A stretch of 64,000 nucleotides of DNA from Eledone cirrhosa (taxonomy: Eukaryota), in contig OZ024742.1 of the NCBI GenBank assembly GCA_964016885.1, forward strand, positions 311,860,001 through 311,924,000, read 5' to 3'. Below are positions 13,186 through 27,004 of this stretch, piece after piece. The notes beneath the pieces are model-generated. The model was not told the DNA's origin. It worked only from the letters and a program-made list of their open reading frames with translations, and ran no database searches. Made by a program: the position numbers and the translations under genes. Each line of letters begins with the position of its first letter. Position 1 is the first letter of the stretch.

Positions 13186-14431
13186 ATTTATATATATATA
13201 TATTTATATATATATGAGAGAGAAGATGGGGAGGGGAGGGGGGGGGGGATATAGAGGATTAATTAATCCCAGTAGCAGATTCGTGCTTAATTTATCGAAA
13301 TCGAAAGGATGAAATGCAAAGTTAACCTTGGCGGGATTTGAACTAAGGGCACACTAAGTCGGATCGATTACAGCAAAGCATTCTATTCGATGTTCTAACG
13401 ACTCCCCTAATTCGTCACCTCATCTGTGAATAGTTTTCCCCAAAACAGCATAGCCAGAAAATGGTAGAATATGAGGAAATTATTTCATGGACACAGCATG
13501 GCCAAATGGTTAAGGAGTTCGATTCATATGCACGGCATCTTGGGCATATGAAATTGGGTAGACGAAAACTGTTTGGAAGCCCCTCAAGTGGACTGTGCCC
13601 GTAATTTAGAGGGCTTGATTTGTAATACACTGAGTTTCCTTGAATCACTTTGAGAAATTACGTTGAGGGTAGACGGGTCTATGGAATACTCAATCACTTG
13701 CACGTTAATCTTACTAGGGGCTGTTCCGTTGATTGAATAACTGGAATAATCATCGTTGAAATCGATGGAGATTCATTCCACTTCAATTTTAAATACTGTT
13801 TACAAATTTTCAGCCATGTCCTATATTTTTCTTGTTATTTAATTGTAATTCATTGTAGCATGAAATTTAAACTTAATGTGCTTTACTGTTTAGTTAGGGA
13901 GGGAAGAGCAGTGCCCAAGATACTTTTCAGGGCTTCTAAGGCTGGTAGGAGGAAGATGAGTATTCTCAATCTGGAGACCTGGTCCAAATGCTTGCAACAG
14001 ATTAGACTCTGTTAAAGGCACCCAGGGACCTGGTTATGGTGTTAGAGCAGACGAGGAATTACGTCCTGTCCGTCCTCCTCCCAGGTAGGCTACAGCGGGA
14101 TTTAAATTCAAAAGAATAAGATCCATAAAGGATCCTGTTCAACACCTTAACAATCCCGCCAATATAACGCTATGATATTATATTGACCTCTGCTGGGATT
14201 GAACTCTCCGAGCAGAGAGACAAAATAAACCACAAGGCATTTCGTAGTAAGCCTCAACGATTCTGCCAATTCACAGCCCGATACTCTGCCAATTTGCCAT
14301 TAAGGGGTTATTTTTTACATTATCTTCTGGGTCTGTTTTAACTATTATCTTCTGGGTCTGTTTTAAGATCGATGAAATAAGGAAGAGGCTATTTTGCCGG
14401 TCCCGGTAAAATAGACCCCCCCCCCCAGGCT

Positions 14432-14820
14432 ATTTTGCCGGTAAGAGTGTCAGGCACCATGTTTTGCAGTATAGAGTAGCGGTCCTTTACGGTCTGAGTT
14501 CAAATCCCGCCGAGGTTAACTTTACCTTTTATTCTTACGGGGTTGATAAAATAAAGCACCAGTAATGCACTTCGGTTGATTTAATTGACTTTTCCCCTCT
14601 CTCAAAATTATTGGCCTTGTGCCTAAATCAGAAACCGGTTTGGCAGTATCGGTAGAGGGTCGGACGCCATACTTTCCAGCATAGTTACGTCCCTTTACGA
14701 TCTGAGTTCAAATCCCGCCGAGGTTGACTTTGCCTTTCATCCTTACGGGGTTGATAAAATAAAGTACCAGTAATGCACTGGGTAATTGCTGGCCTTGTGC
14801 CTAAAGCAGAAACAATTATT
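14432..14820 (+). mobile_element. Two tandem tRNA-derived SINEs (main family, Nin-like core)
   Basis: gagttcaaatccc B-box, core gccgaggttgactttgcctttcatccttacggggt, tail ccttgtgcctaaa..agaaac. Confidence 0.85.
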
Positions 14821-14894
14821 ATGAAGGCAGGTAATGTTAAAAATAACAACACATAGATTTAACACAGAAGTTTATTTATTTTCATCACCAATTA

Positions 14895-15925
14895 CACTGG
14901 TCAACAAAATTAAATGTATTATACTCTTTATGAATGCAAACCAACTTTTTAGACTAATTTTGCATGCTGATTTCATAATTTCCCTCCATTTGTATGCAGC
15001 ACGTATCAGTTTTTTATGCGAATATTTACATATTTGTATATATGAAATCATTAACGTAATAAATAAGGACATATTATCTTTAGAAAGTAAATTAGTTTAT
15101 TGAGTTAAAAATCATCACTATCATTCTACAAAGGGTGAATACACAAAAAATGAAAAAATGGGTTAGACAAAACAGACAAAGTTAGAACAACAGAGTTAGA
15201 ACAACAGAGTTAGAAACATTGTGGTTTGGATTTCCTGCGGTGTTCCTTATCTGGTTGATCATGGTAAAGTGTCCAGCAGTAGCCAGCCAGCATACTGTCA
15301 TTCCAGAAGCTTTGGTACCGTTTCTCCATAGCACTAATGACCTGGTGAAATCTTTCACCATGTTCATCAGACACTGCTCCAAGGTTATCTGCGAAGAAAT
15401 CCAAATGGGCATCCAAGAAGTGAACTTTCAGTAACATGCGACAACCCATTGCTGAGTAATATTTCAGAAGATTCTTGATTCCATCCTTGTAGACCATTGC
15501 ATTCTTGTTGCCCAAGAAATTCTCACAGATCCAATTGAAAGCATTCCAGGCAGTTCCAGTTCATCCAGTGTTGTCTTGAAGTTGACATCTTTGAGTACTT
15601 CTCTAATTTGGGGTCCGACAAAGGTACCATCTTTCAACTTCGCCTGTGTGATTTTGGGAAACGTTTCTACAATATATTCAAACCCTCTGACATTTCTCTT
15701 CCCTAGTGTCTTTACAAACTGTTTCATCAGTCCAAGCTTTATGTGTAAAGGAGGCAATAAGACATTACATGGATCTACGAGAGGTGTATTCTTGACGCTA
15801 GACAGTCCTGGCTGGTATGATGTTCTTGTCTACCAGTTTGATTCCAAATAATGTCTGTCAGTTGTCCGACTATCCCATAGACACAAGAAACAACAGTATT
15901 TTGTGAAATCTGACTGCATTCCCAT
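14895..15925 (-). mobile_element. Truncated DNA transposon, probably Chapaev3 (CMC) transposase
   Basis: PPLHIKLGLMKQFVK, FVGPQIR, HLDFF..NLGAVSDEHGERFHQ motifs, frameshifted. Terminus CACTGG after TTA. Family assignment is from memory. Confidence 0.7.
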
Positions 15926-18837
15926 TCTATCTAAAATCCTTTTACTAAGTCTACCTAAATCGGACTTCGTAAAACTGGCAATCTATATCAAGTGGAGCGC
16001 AGTACTTACCATCAACTGCTGCATAATGCTGTAACTAAGGATTACCGTAAAACTAATCGGAGTGTCATTAATGAAATCAACGATGCTGGGTTTTAAATCA
16101 ACTCTGATCTCAACATCATGGACCGGACTGAACCTCTGGACCCTATTTCTCCCCACTTTACTCTGAAGTATCACAAATCTAATTTCCTGAACAACCCCTC
16201 TATTCGGCTTATTAACCCTACGAAGTCCGATTTAGGGAGACTTAGTAAAAGGATTTTAGATAGAATTATACCTAAAATTAGAAGCTTGGCCCTCTTGCAC
16301 TGTGGAACAATTCTTTCGCGGTGATTGTTTGGTTCAACGGCATATGTAACAAGGAACATTGCCGTTTTATCCAATTCGACATCAATAATTACTACTCCTC
16401 CATCACTTTACCACTTCTCCTTAGAGCTATCAATTTCGCTAAAACGCTCACGGTGGTTAAAGATTTCGAAGTTGATGTCATCCTCAATGCCCGTAAGTCG
16501 GTGATTAATTTCGACGACTCTATTTGGATTAAAAAATCTAATAGTACCCCATTCGACGTTAGTATGGGCGCCAGCTATTCTGTGGAGGTTACTGATCTTA
16601 TCGGCCTTTTCCTTCTTTTCTCTATCAAGGAAGAATTCCCCAACGTGGGCGGTGGTTTGTACCGTGATGACGGTCTTTTGACCATGACAAAGTGCGGCCC
16701 ACGTGCTTGCGACAGGTTCAGAAAAGAACTCACAGCCTTCTTTAAAGGCTTCAACCTCTCCATACAGGTTGAGGCCAACCACACGGTCGTTAATTACCTC
16801 GACGTTACCCTCAATTTGTCGAATGGCTTGCACTACCCGTATAGAAAGCCGAATGATACGCTTAATTACATAAGTAAGCATTCTAACCATCCTGCCAACA
16901 TAACCAAGAACCTGGTAAGAAACGTTTCTTTGAGGCTTTCCCGTCTATCTACAAATGAGCTTATTTTCACCGACCATTCCACATATTACAATGAAGCTCT
17001 TGCTCGGAGTGGATTTGTCGATAAGGTAGCATATACTGAGTATACCTAGGAAAAATAGATCCCGACGCATTATATGGTATAACCCACCATATAGTATGGA
17101 GGTGGCCACACTATTAGCTAAGATCTTTCTTTCCCTTATTATGAAGCATTTCCCTCCAGCACATAAATATAATAACATTTTTAATAGAAATACCATTAAA
17201 ATATTTTACTCTACGGCTCCTAACCTTGCAGATAACATCACTACTTCAAATTTAGCTAAATTATCTAGCCGTAGGAACACGTGCAACCTTGTAGCTAGTA
17301 CTAACTGTAATTGTAGGAATCGGGTTGACTGCCCCCTATCTGGGAAATGCTTCTCGAGTAACATTGTCTACAAATGTAAGGTTGAAACACCCACGTCCCG
17401 TAGGGCCTACATAGGGTTAACCGCCAATAGTTTCAAGCAGCGTCTTTACATGCAAACCCATTCTTTTTTTAGCCCTTTAAGAAGGAATATGACGTCATTT
17501 TCAGCTTATATCTGGAGTCTAAAAGACAACCACACCCAATATAGGCTACACTGGGAGATCCTAGCTAGGGCTAGATCGTAACGGAAATAAAAGACCATGT
17601 GACCTTGCCGCTGAAGCACTGGAAATAATCTACGCCAATGACCACATCTTAAACAAAAAATCTGAGGCAATTTCGGCTTGTAAACATAAATTACACAAAA
17701 CTTTCTTGTATTACAGCCCCACATTATACCTTAACGGATAGTACGAACTATACGCGGATAATTTACGTCTTGATGCGGTAGCTAAGTATATGTTATGTTT
17801 ATACCATTACTTATTTGTATAGGTTAGTATATATTACCTGTATGTTTTGTGAAGGTACGTATATTTTCTCGTACGTATATTTGCTTGTATTTGTTATAGG
17901 CGTATATATTATATTATATATACTGGTACATGTGTATATGGTTATGTGTATACGTGAGTTTTGCGTTTGTGTGTGTATGCAGGTTTGCACGTATGTGGGG
18001 TGTGTGTATATGTGTACTTTGTGTTTTGGTTAACGTACGTTTAGCGAACACATGTGTATTTACATGTAGGTATGTGTGTGCGCGCGTTATATGCGTATTT
18101 ATGTGTGTATATTTATATACGTTTATATAATTATATGTATACGCGCACACACACACGCATATATATATATTTTTTAAATATATATTTTATGTGTATTTGG
18201 TGTATACGTTCGTATATGTGCAGGTACAGGCGTTACGTGGGTTTTTGTATGTGTGCGCGTATTTATGTGCAGGTACCTGTATTTGCATACCTATGGCGGG
18301 TGTTTTCGCGTATGCATGTATATGTACGTATATGGGTGCGTGCATGTATATATTTAATTGTTGTTGATTTCAATAACCTCTGTAATTTACTTACATTATT
18401 CTTATCTCTGAAGCCGAGAATCCTTCGGTTTCCTAAATAGAATTTTACTCTACGACTTCAGTTGTATCATAAACGTGGTTTTGTATTTGCGTGTAATTGT
18501 TTTCACCGCTCCACATAATGACGTATTATCTTCGTTTTTTCCGTTGATTGCCAGGGAACGTCTCCACGAACAACCTAATAGAATATTAGTCTACGACTTC
18601 ATTTATACCATAAACGTGGTTTTGTCTTTGCGTGCGCTCACCGATCCAAATAATGACGTATTATCTTCGCCTTTTTCCGTTCTTTACCAGGGAACGTTTC
18701 CATGAACCAAAGTATCGTCTTTCTGTCTTCCTCCGGTTGCAACGTTTTTTCGAAATATTTACTTCTGTGTTCACAGATTGATTCTTTTAGTTTCAGAAGA
18801 TCCCGTTAAGGGTGGAAGCAGCGATTCTTTGCTTAAA

Positions 18838-18841
<4 letters not shown>
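15926..18841 (+). mobile_element. Penelope-like retroelement (RT plus GIY-YIG), 5'-truncated with short 5' inversion, frameshifted
   Basis: RT motifs FDINNYYSSI, SMGA, YRDDGL, YLDVTL, YRKP. CNCR..CPL.G.C and IVY...YIGLT endonuclease. 15926-15970 is the inverse of 16220-16265. Confidence 0.9.
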
Positions 18842-18900
<59 letters not shown>

Positions 18901-18981
18901 TCATGGGGGAGAATAAATATATACTCAATTTACCTGTATATATATATATATGTATTATTTCTAATTTTAATCTCTTTCCAG

Positions 18982-19032
18982 TGACATTAAAGTACTTCGT
19001 AGTGCTGTCTGTTTTGGCTGTATCTCGGGCAG
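18982..19032 (+). CDS. Probable signal-peptide exon of the SRCR gene
   Basis: tctctttccag|TG ACA TTA AAG...GCA G|gtaatt encodes xTLKYFVVLSVLAVSRA. Phase-1 end matches the first SRCR exon. Confidence 0.65.
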
Positions 19033-19130
19033 GTAATTTATCAATTTACATGTTCTACGATTCTCTATATTATAACCATAACAGCACTCACTACACTCTC
19101 TATTTCTCTCTCACACATGCACTTGTTCGC

Positions 19131-19237
<107 letters not shown>

Positions 19238-19597
19238 GTACCCCCGGCATTCGCGGTCCCGGTTATTCCCTCTCACCTACCACCCTATCACCCTACCATA
19301 TGCACTTGTTCGTATATATATATATATATATATATGTCTGATGGTAGCTAAGATGCTTCCATAGGCGGTATGCCGGTTGAGCACTCTATGCTCCTACAGA
19401 GCCGAGTAAAGAATAGAGGATTATAGAATAGTATTATTGAAAGAGGATATGATCCGAAATCAATAGACGTGTCCGAGGAACCTGCGAGACTAGAGTCAGG
19501 TAGATCCACACATGGATCGCACCTGGAGCTGTTCGCCGGGGAAACAATTGTAACGCGATAAATTGAGTTCCGATGCATCACTGATTTTTCGTTTTCA

Positions 19598-19654
19598 ATT
19601 CTCTGATGAGAGCGTACCAAAGTTTTGGTACCCTTGAAATATATATAATAGAAT
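19598..19654 (+). ncRNA. Hammerhead ribozyme core, stem I weak
   Basis: CTGATGA gagcgtaccaaa-gt-tttggtaccctt GAAA tatata TA. Confidence 0.55.
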
Positions 19655-19979
19655 AAATATGGTTTTATAAATATAGTTTCCATTTATTTAATATCATTGA
19701 ATATTATACTCCAGAAAACTGTTGAGTGCTTCGAATCAGTTATAAACATTTATATTTGTGGAATTACCAACAAATTTAATATCCCTTTTGCTTATATATA
19801 TATATATATATAAATATTAAAAAAATGGAGTGCAGCGTGGTTGCACATGGGTTACATATGAATAAAATTAGTCCTTCATCAGTGATCTTCCAACCTTCAT
19901 TGGTATTTCATCGCTTTAAAAATCATATACCTCTGGTTGGTGTGAGCAATAACTAAATAAAGTTATTGGGACATATATA

Positions 19980-20071
<92 letters not shown>

Positions 20072-20103
20072 CGCGCGTGTGCGTGCGCATCTCTGCAGAA
20101 AAT

Positions 20104-20165
<62 letters not shown>

Positions 20166-21013
20166 GTGGCAATTACAGTAATATATGGTGTATATACCCT
20201 AGCAGCTCCAACCAAGCTACAAAGGTGTATGTTGTCAAAAGTGAACATCAAAAGTGTTTGGATAAACAACATTGGTATAACTGTCTTCAAGTCTATCAGT
20301 TAAGGGTCAGTCTGCTTCGTGGTCTCAGTCGGAGAAGGCATTGCTTCAGAGGATGGCAAAGGAGGTGTGCAGGAGCAGCCACTGCACCTCACGTGTCTCA
20401 CACTTACGGGTAGAGTGGTGATATGGTCCGGGGGCGAAGAATGTCAGAAGTCTCCACTACCACAGGATCGACCACAAATCAGCCGATTCTTTGACAAACG
20501 TATAGGACTATCGATCCTGCAAAAAGACTATCTCCCTGAAGAAGACACAGTCGATTCGCTAGAGGTTGTAAGCTATCTAAACCGGAGAAATGTTACTGAG
20601 GTCTAGTCAACCAACCAGCGGGGTAGCGTCATATAAAAACGAAAGCAATATGAAAAGACGGGCCTCAATCTCCTTCGAGTCAATTAGTCTGCTCTACGGT
20701 GAAATCAATACAGTCAGAGGGCGGTGGATTTACAGAATGCTTGGAGCATCGGATAACGCTGTATGTTCTGAGTTCAAATCTCGCTGATGACAGGTCCACC
20801 TTTCGGGTTCGATAGAGTAGAGTTCCAGTAGAGTGCTGGGGTCGATTTGAAGGACTTGCACATCCTCCAAAATTGTTGCCTTAGTGCAAAAACTTTCATG
20901 TACATGTAACTTGCCAAGGTAAAAATGGAACAGAAGAATACAACCAAGATAGGAATATGACCAGCATTATATAAAGGCAATCATTGTCCCATCGATCCAG
21001 AGACCCAAGGATA

Positions 21014-21053
<40 letters not shown>

Positions 21054-21261
21054 GGCGACCTACGTAGTAAATCGTATCATCGTGAGCTCCGCAAAGGTTT
21101 GTTATTTCCGTTTGTTAAAAATTGCCATTTATGGAAAATTTTATTGTTAACTGTTTATAAGCACACATACATTGTTTTCCGAAAAGGACACCCAAAAAGA
21201 TTGGGGCCTTGTACCCAAAATTTTAACTTTTATTATTATCAAAAAATTTCTTTGAAAAAAA

Positions 21262-23266
21262 ATGGCTAATTCACCTCTGCACGAAGCAGCTGAAAGCCTT
21301 CCTCACAAAATAACACCTCACACCGACACTACCATTGTAAATGTTACTACGTTTGCCAGCACAAAAAAAAATATAAGCAGTAGCAATATTTTACATTTGT
21401 CTCAGGCAGACATTCATTTCCCGCCATAACCAATGACTGCAGGTGTTAAAGCCTCCACCACCACCACCACCGCGACAACCACCACCCCCACCACCACCGC
21501 GACAACAGAAACAAAAGAAGAAAAAAAATAAATTAACTCGTGATGTCGAAATGAAATCAAGCAAAATGGACTCTTCCCCACCAAAGACGACTGACGTCAC
21601 CACCACCACAACTGAAACTAAAATTAATATTAACACAAAAAAAGATAGCAACAACAACAACAATGACATTATAAAACCGACCCTCAGTTTCGCCAGAGTA
21701 GCAAAACAATTCGAAGCATTTACGGTAACTCAGGAGGATTTAGAAAATGCCAAACAAATGGTAAAGAAAGATGGGTACAGGGTCAGCCTCACCCCCCCCC
21801 CCCCCCCACCTAATAAAATGGAGCATCGGCGCCTATGCACCGTGTCGTATAGAACAATAAATGTAAAATCGCGCCGAGTGGAACGGGCATCCGAGTCCCA
21901 AATCCAAAAAGCTTTGGGACATGTGTGGGCAAGAAAAACCCACATCAGACGTGGGCAAAAGTATGGAACCGTGGACGTGTTCTTTGAAACACCAGAGGAG
22001 GCTAGAGAACACTCCATGGCCCCATTAAAAAGTGACGACTTCACACTCGTCCCAAGCTATTGTGGCCAGAGACTCGTAAAGATCAGGGTGACCCACGTTC
22101 CACCGGCCATCGAAATTCCCTGGCTAATAGCGGCCGTCCTCGCCGGCATCGAAGCCAACACGAAAATAATAGCAATAGCAAAAGAAAAGCAGGAAAACTG
22201 GTCCGGATCTAGGATGGAGCTCCTGATCCAAGCGGACCAAAAAAGCATTGAGGAGATCCCAGAGGTAATAGACCTCACTGACGGCAGCCACCTCACGGTA
22301 ATTGTCGAGGGCAGAAGACCTAGGTGTGTCGTTTGTGGTGAAGGAACCCACCTAAGGGCTTTCTGCCCTCAGGCTAAAAGGTTGAGGCCACCTCTCTTAC
22401 CCACCCCAGTGACACAACCATCAGCACCACCAGTAGCAGAGATGGCAGCAACAACTGTAGCAGCAACAACAGAAGCAACTATAACAGCAACAGCCCCAGC
22501 AACAGTAGCAAAACCAACACCACCACCACCACCAGCAAAACCAATACCACCACCACCCAACGCTTCAGAACTAGCACCAGCGCCTACACCATCCACCACG
22601 CCACAACCAAAACTAACGCCTGTGCAGGATTTTCCACTCCCCGGCCTATCACAACTGGAGACAGATTGTGACGACGAGGAGTGGGAAACGATATCCGGAA
22701 AAAAAAAAAGAAACCAAAAAAGAAAACATTCTCTTCCTTCCCCCTCCAAAAACAAAATACAGAGGGAAACAAATAAACTAAGAAACAAAAAAGTTAGGAC
22801 AGATATGCCACCATCCACACCAGCATCACCAACCCCATCAACCCAAACACCAACACCATCACCATCATTAACTCCAACACCACCATCACCTACACCACAA
22901 AAGTCACCAAAATGCGAAACAGAAACAAACCCACAACAAACGCAAACAAAACAAAACAACCAAAACGATACACACTACACAGCATTAAATTTGAACAACA
23001 AGCAATTATTACACTACATCCAACACAACACCAGCATCACAGAAAAAGACTACACAACAACCCCAAAATTCACACCACCTCCACACATACAAATCACTCG
23101 CATCACACAGAAAACGTACATGACACTAAAACAAAAATTCCCCAAAGACATCGGAGACTTCCAACAAGCACTCTCCAGGAGGATTTATAAGGACATCCTT
23201 CCTGAGGAGGCCACAAGCAGTGAAAAGGATGGAAAAACCGTCCTTCCCCTACGAGAAGTAAGGTAA
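21262..23266 (+). pseudogene. LINE A ORF1 (gag-like CCHC knuckle, Pro/Thr-rich), disrupted
   Basis: ATG 21262, in-frame TAA ~21427, frameshift at the A-run ~21525. CVVCGEGTHLRAFC knuckle. Confidence 0.8.
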
Positions 23267-23300
23267 GTGGTCTTTCCCATCTTTTCCACTCCTTTTCAAC

Positions 23301-26300
23301 ACGACCTCACTCAGAATAGGCAGCATAAATGCGCGTGGCTTGGGGTCGTCATGGAAGCAGGGCCACCTGCTCAACGACCTCAGGTCACTAAACATAGATG
23401 TAGTGGCCATCAGCGAGACCAGAATCTCCGAAGCACAGGCTTTCACACCGATCTTCGGCGGCTACGATGTGTACGCATCTCCCAGCCGTCCTGGATCGGG
23501 GGAGGAGTTGCTATGCTTTTTCGGAGAGGTTTGGATCTTGCCATACGGGCCATCTTCCTGGACCCAGAAGGTAAGTTGGTGGTGCTGGACGTGACCAGCG
23601 GAGACGGCCAAGCTTTCAGGTTAGTGGCCGTCTATGCCCCGACAGGAGCAGGGCGGCCTGATTTCTTCCGGCGTCTGGAGACCTTTCTTGGAACGTCCCG
23701 CTCTTTAGTGTTAGTGGGCGACTGGAACGGGATCTTAGACGCACGCTGGGATTGTGTGGGATTAGTGGATAGGGAAGGAGGGTGCAAGAGTCTCACCAAC
23801 CTGCTCAGACGTTTTGAACTGTCTGACAGGTACCGAATGGATTTCCCGAATGTACCAATGTGGACTTGGACAAATCGCATAGGGTCATCCAGATCATATC
23901 TAGATAGAGTATTTTGTAGGGAAATAGATAGGTCTAGCATAGGCTGTCCACAATTCAAGATAGTCAGCTACACGGACCACAAATTCGTGATCTGTGTGCT
24001 TGACTTAGGTAGGCTTCATAGGCGAGGACCCGGCTACTGGAAGCTAAACGCGTCCTTACCAGCGCGTAAGGCCTACAGAGACCGGGTTAGCGAACTAGTT
24101 AAGCGGGCGTTGACGGGGGCCATCGTCAACAACAAGTGGTGGTTTGCTCTGAAAAGAGCAATTAGAATAGAGTCCATTAGGTTTAGTAAGACTTTAGCAA
24201 TAGAGAAAAATAGAGCAGAGGGAGAACTAGTTAGAAAATTAGATGAGGCGCTTAGCAAAGGCATCGCGACCGACGTACTTGCGGCGAAATTGGCCCTTGA
24301 CCAATTCTTCAATGCAAAGCACGAAGGCTGCGTTGTCGGAGCTAGGGTGCGTGCTCTCAGACACGAGGGGACGAAAGCCGTTCAATGGTCCCGAGTGGCG
24401 GAGGCGCGTCGTGGCAACAAAGCCACGATCCGGTCTTTGGTGGACCACGACGGGCGCATGCTACACGATCCCGGGCAAATGTGTGAAGCTTTTCAGCGAC
24501 ACTTCGCTCAACTGTTCGGGGGCAGTGGCGGGCCGGATCGAGGGATGGACTTTAGTGTCTACCTCGACGGACTGCCGCGGCTTTCGGCCACTGAGGCGGA
24601 GTGTTGCGAAAAGCCGATAACAACCGCTGAAGTACGGGATGCAATGACTAGTTGCACAAGGGGTAAATCGCCTGGTTTGGATGGTCTGTCCTATGAACTT
24701 TACGTACAAATGCCAAACTTGTTCGGAGGCCTCTTGGCGGACGTCTACTGCAACTGGCAACAGAACGGGAGAATTCCCAGCTCTGTGAGCCGAGGAGTGG
24801 TGGCGCTGCTGAGAAAGGATCCGAACAAGGGGGATAACATAGATAATTTCCGGCCCATAACTCTGCTAAACACAGGGTTCAAGATTTTGGCCAAGGTGCT
24901 AGCAAAGAGGTTGGCGCTTGTCGTTGGTGGTCTGGTGGGAGAGGCACAGACATGCGCCATTCCCGACAGATCAATCCACGACAACCTCCACCTCATGCGA
25001 TACATCGTAGAGAGGGTAGCTAGGGAACCTGGCACGGGTGGGTCTTTGATCAATTTAGATCAGTCGAAAGCCTTCGATAGGGTCGACCATCGTTACCTAG
25101 CGGCAGTCCTGAGGGCGGCTGGCTTTGGGCCCGTCTTCAGAGGCTGGATCGCTGCCATGCACAGCGACATCTGCTCTGTAGTGAGAGTGAACGGTCACCT
25201 TTCGGAACCGTTCAATATCATGCGCTCGGTCCGCCAAGGATGTCCCCTCTCGTCCCTATTGTACGTATTGACTCTCGAGCCATTACTGCACAAACTGGAG
25301 ACGTTGAGGGGGGTCCCGCGCGAACTAGGATGCGGAAGATCCGTGTCAACATATGCGGACGATGTCACCGTAGTGGTGTCGAACGCCAAACACATCGAGG
25401 CGATCGGCACTACACTAAGAGAATACGAAGCGGTGACAGGAGCAATGATCAACCAGGAAAAGTCAGTGGGCCTGCAGCTCGGCACCTGGAGAGGCAGGTC
25501 CATGCCGTCCAACAGCGTCGTCGGGCGCTGGACGGACGGACCGGTTAAATTGCTAGGGGTCTGGTTCGGTCCAGACCTCCAGACGGACAAAAACTGGGAC
25601 GAGGTGACGAGCAGGGTGGCTTCTCTCACCCAGAAATGGGCCGAGAGGAAGCTATCCCTGAAAGGTCGAGCGGAGGTGGCTAACGCGTACATCGCGTCCG
25701 TCATCTACTACCGCCTGACCGTCGTACCTTGTCCTAAGCCCCGCTTGACTGCGCTGGAGCGTTTGCTCTTTCGCTTCTTGTGGAAGGGACGCGCTCCGAT
25801 GGTCAGGCGGTCAATCTGCTGTCAACACCCGCTACGTGGAGGGCTGGGCATGCCGTGGCTGATGATGCGCAGACACGCGCTCAGGCTTCGACATCTCCAC
25901 CTCTTCCTCGACGGTGATCAGGTGTGGTCGCCGTTTGCTAGACACGTTTTTCCCCAGCTCGTCTCCTTGACGGAGCTGCAGTCCTGGGTCAAGCGAAGAC
26001 CGAGAGGGAGCGCTTGGAGACTGGAATGTCTTCAGGCGCTCACAGCCCTCGACCAATCGGGCAATGTGATCGGTGGAAACTCCACCTTGGCGTTCTATAG
26101 GGGATTAGTGGAGGGGAAGAGCGACGACGTACTTGGAGAAACTCTAGGCGTCGACGAAAATCAACTAGCCAATCTCTTCGGAAGGACTTTCGGGCCGGGG
26201 CCTATGGACAACTTCCAGAAATCCCTGGCATGGCAGTGCTACCGGGGTGCTTTGCCAGTTCGGGATAAACTTTACAGGCATGGAGGTGCCGTCAGCCGGG

Positions 26301-26719
26301 CATGTCCGAGATGCGCACAGGGCGACGAAACCGTCCTGCACGCACTCGTCCAGTGTCCGAGCATTGCTGACTTCTGGGTTTATGTCGAACACCTGCTGTC
26401 ACGTGTAGGACGGATCCAGCTATCAGCTGAGTCCATCGTGAGGATTGCCCCGCCCTCTTCCTTTAGCCGGGAAGGGCAGGCAGTTTTTATCTGTCTGGTG
26501 GCCATGGCGAAAGAGATAGTATGGTGGACACGTTTGAAAGGGCTGAAGACGAGCACTTACCTCTTCGGTGATGCCCTGATTGACTTTTTCAAATTTCATT
26601 TGAAAAGGAAAATCCGAGTAGAGAGGGAAGTGCTCTCTTCCCAGCATTTTGTTGAAAGATGGGTGAGAGAAGCAAGTATGGCCCGAATGAATGGGCCTTC
26701 TCTGAGTATGTGTCTGTAA
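23301..26719 (+). pseudogene. LINE A ORF2 (APE endonuclease, RT, Cys/His finger), start lost and one frameshift
   Basis: ACG at 23301 where copy C has ATG. G5 instead of G6 at ~23498. GDWN, TDH, KSPGLDGL, DQSKAFD, RQGCPLS, YADD. Confidence 0.88.
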
Positions 26720-26970
26720 ATTAAAGGTGGAAAACTGGGAGAGGGCACTTGCCCTGGTGGTCAGGGCCACTGTGGTCTTTTAATGGGCTTTCTCCACAAA
26801 TGTCCCTTGGAAGTCTCCCCCCTATTGGGGAATTTTTCTTTGTTATTTTATTTCAACCTCTGTTTTTTTACACGCAGAAATGCCCATTTGTACCGTCCTG
26901 TATTGTCCTGTACTGTCCTTAATATCTACTTTATGTGAACCTTTGTGGTTAATAAAGAAAACATTATTAC

Positions 26971-27004
<34 letters not shown>

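Larger units (their letters stand above)
21054..26962 (+). mobile_element. Full-length L1/Tx1-clade LINE copy A between (TTA)n tracts
   Basis: 5'UTR, ORF1, ORF2, 3'UTR ending AATAAA-gaaaac. (ATT)n at 21015-21053 and 26963-27004. Confidence 0.92.

Noticed and set aside
14640-14720. tRNA genes
   Set aside because: A/B boxes belong to SINE heads; no cloverleaf.
17240-17640. Selenocysteine recoding as reported for some Naiad PLEs
   Set aside because: Conserved Cys positions use TGT/TGC; no in-frame TGA at them.
18790-18830. Hammerhead-like cagaaga-tccc-gttaa-gggt-gaaa in PLE 3' ends (also ~10335, ~51488)
   Set aside because: U4 is replaced and there is no valid NUH or stem I; at most a relic.
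23267-23500. N-terminus of the 1150-aa ORF
   Set aside because: Wrong-frame artefact of a 1-nt deletion; the true ORF2 start aligns to 23301.
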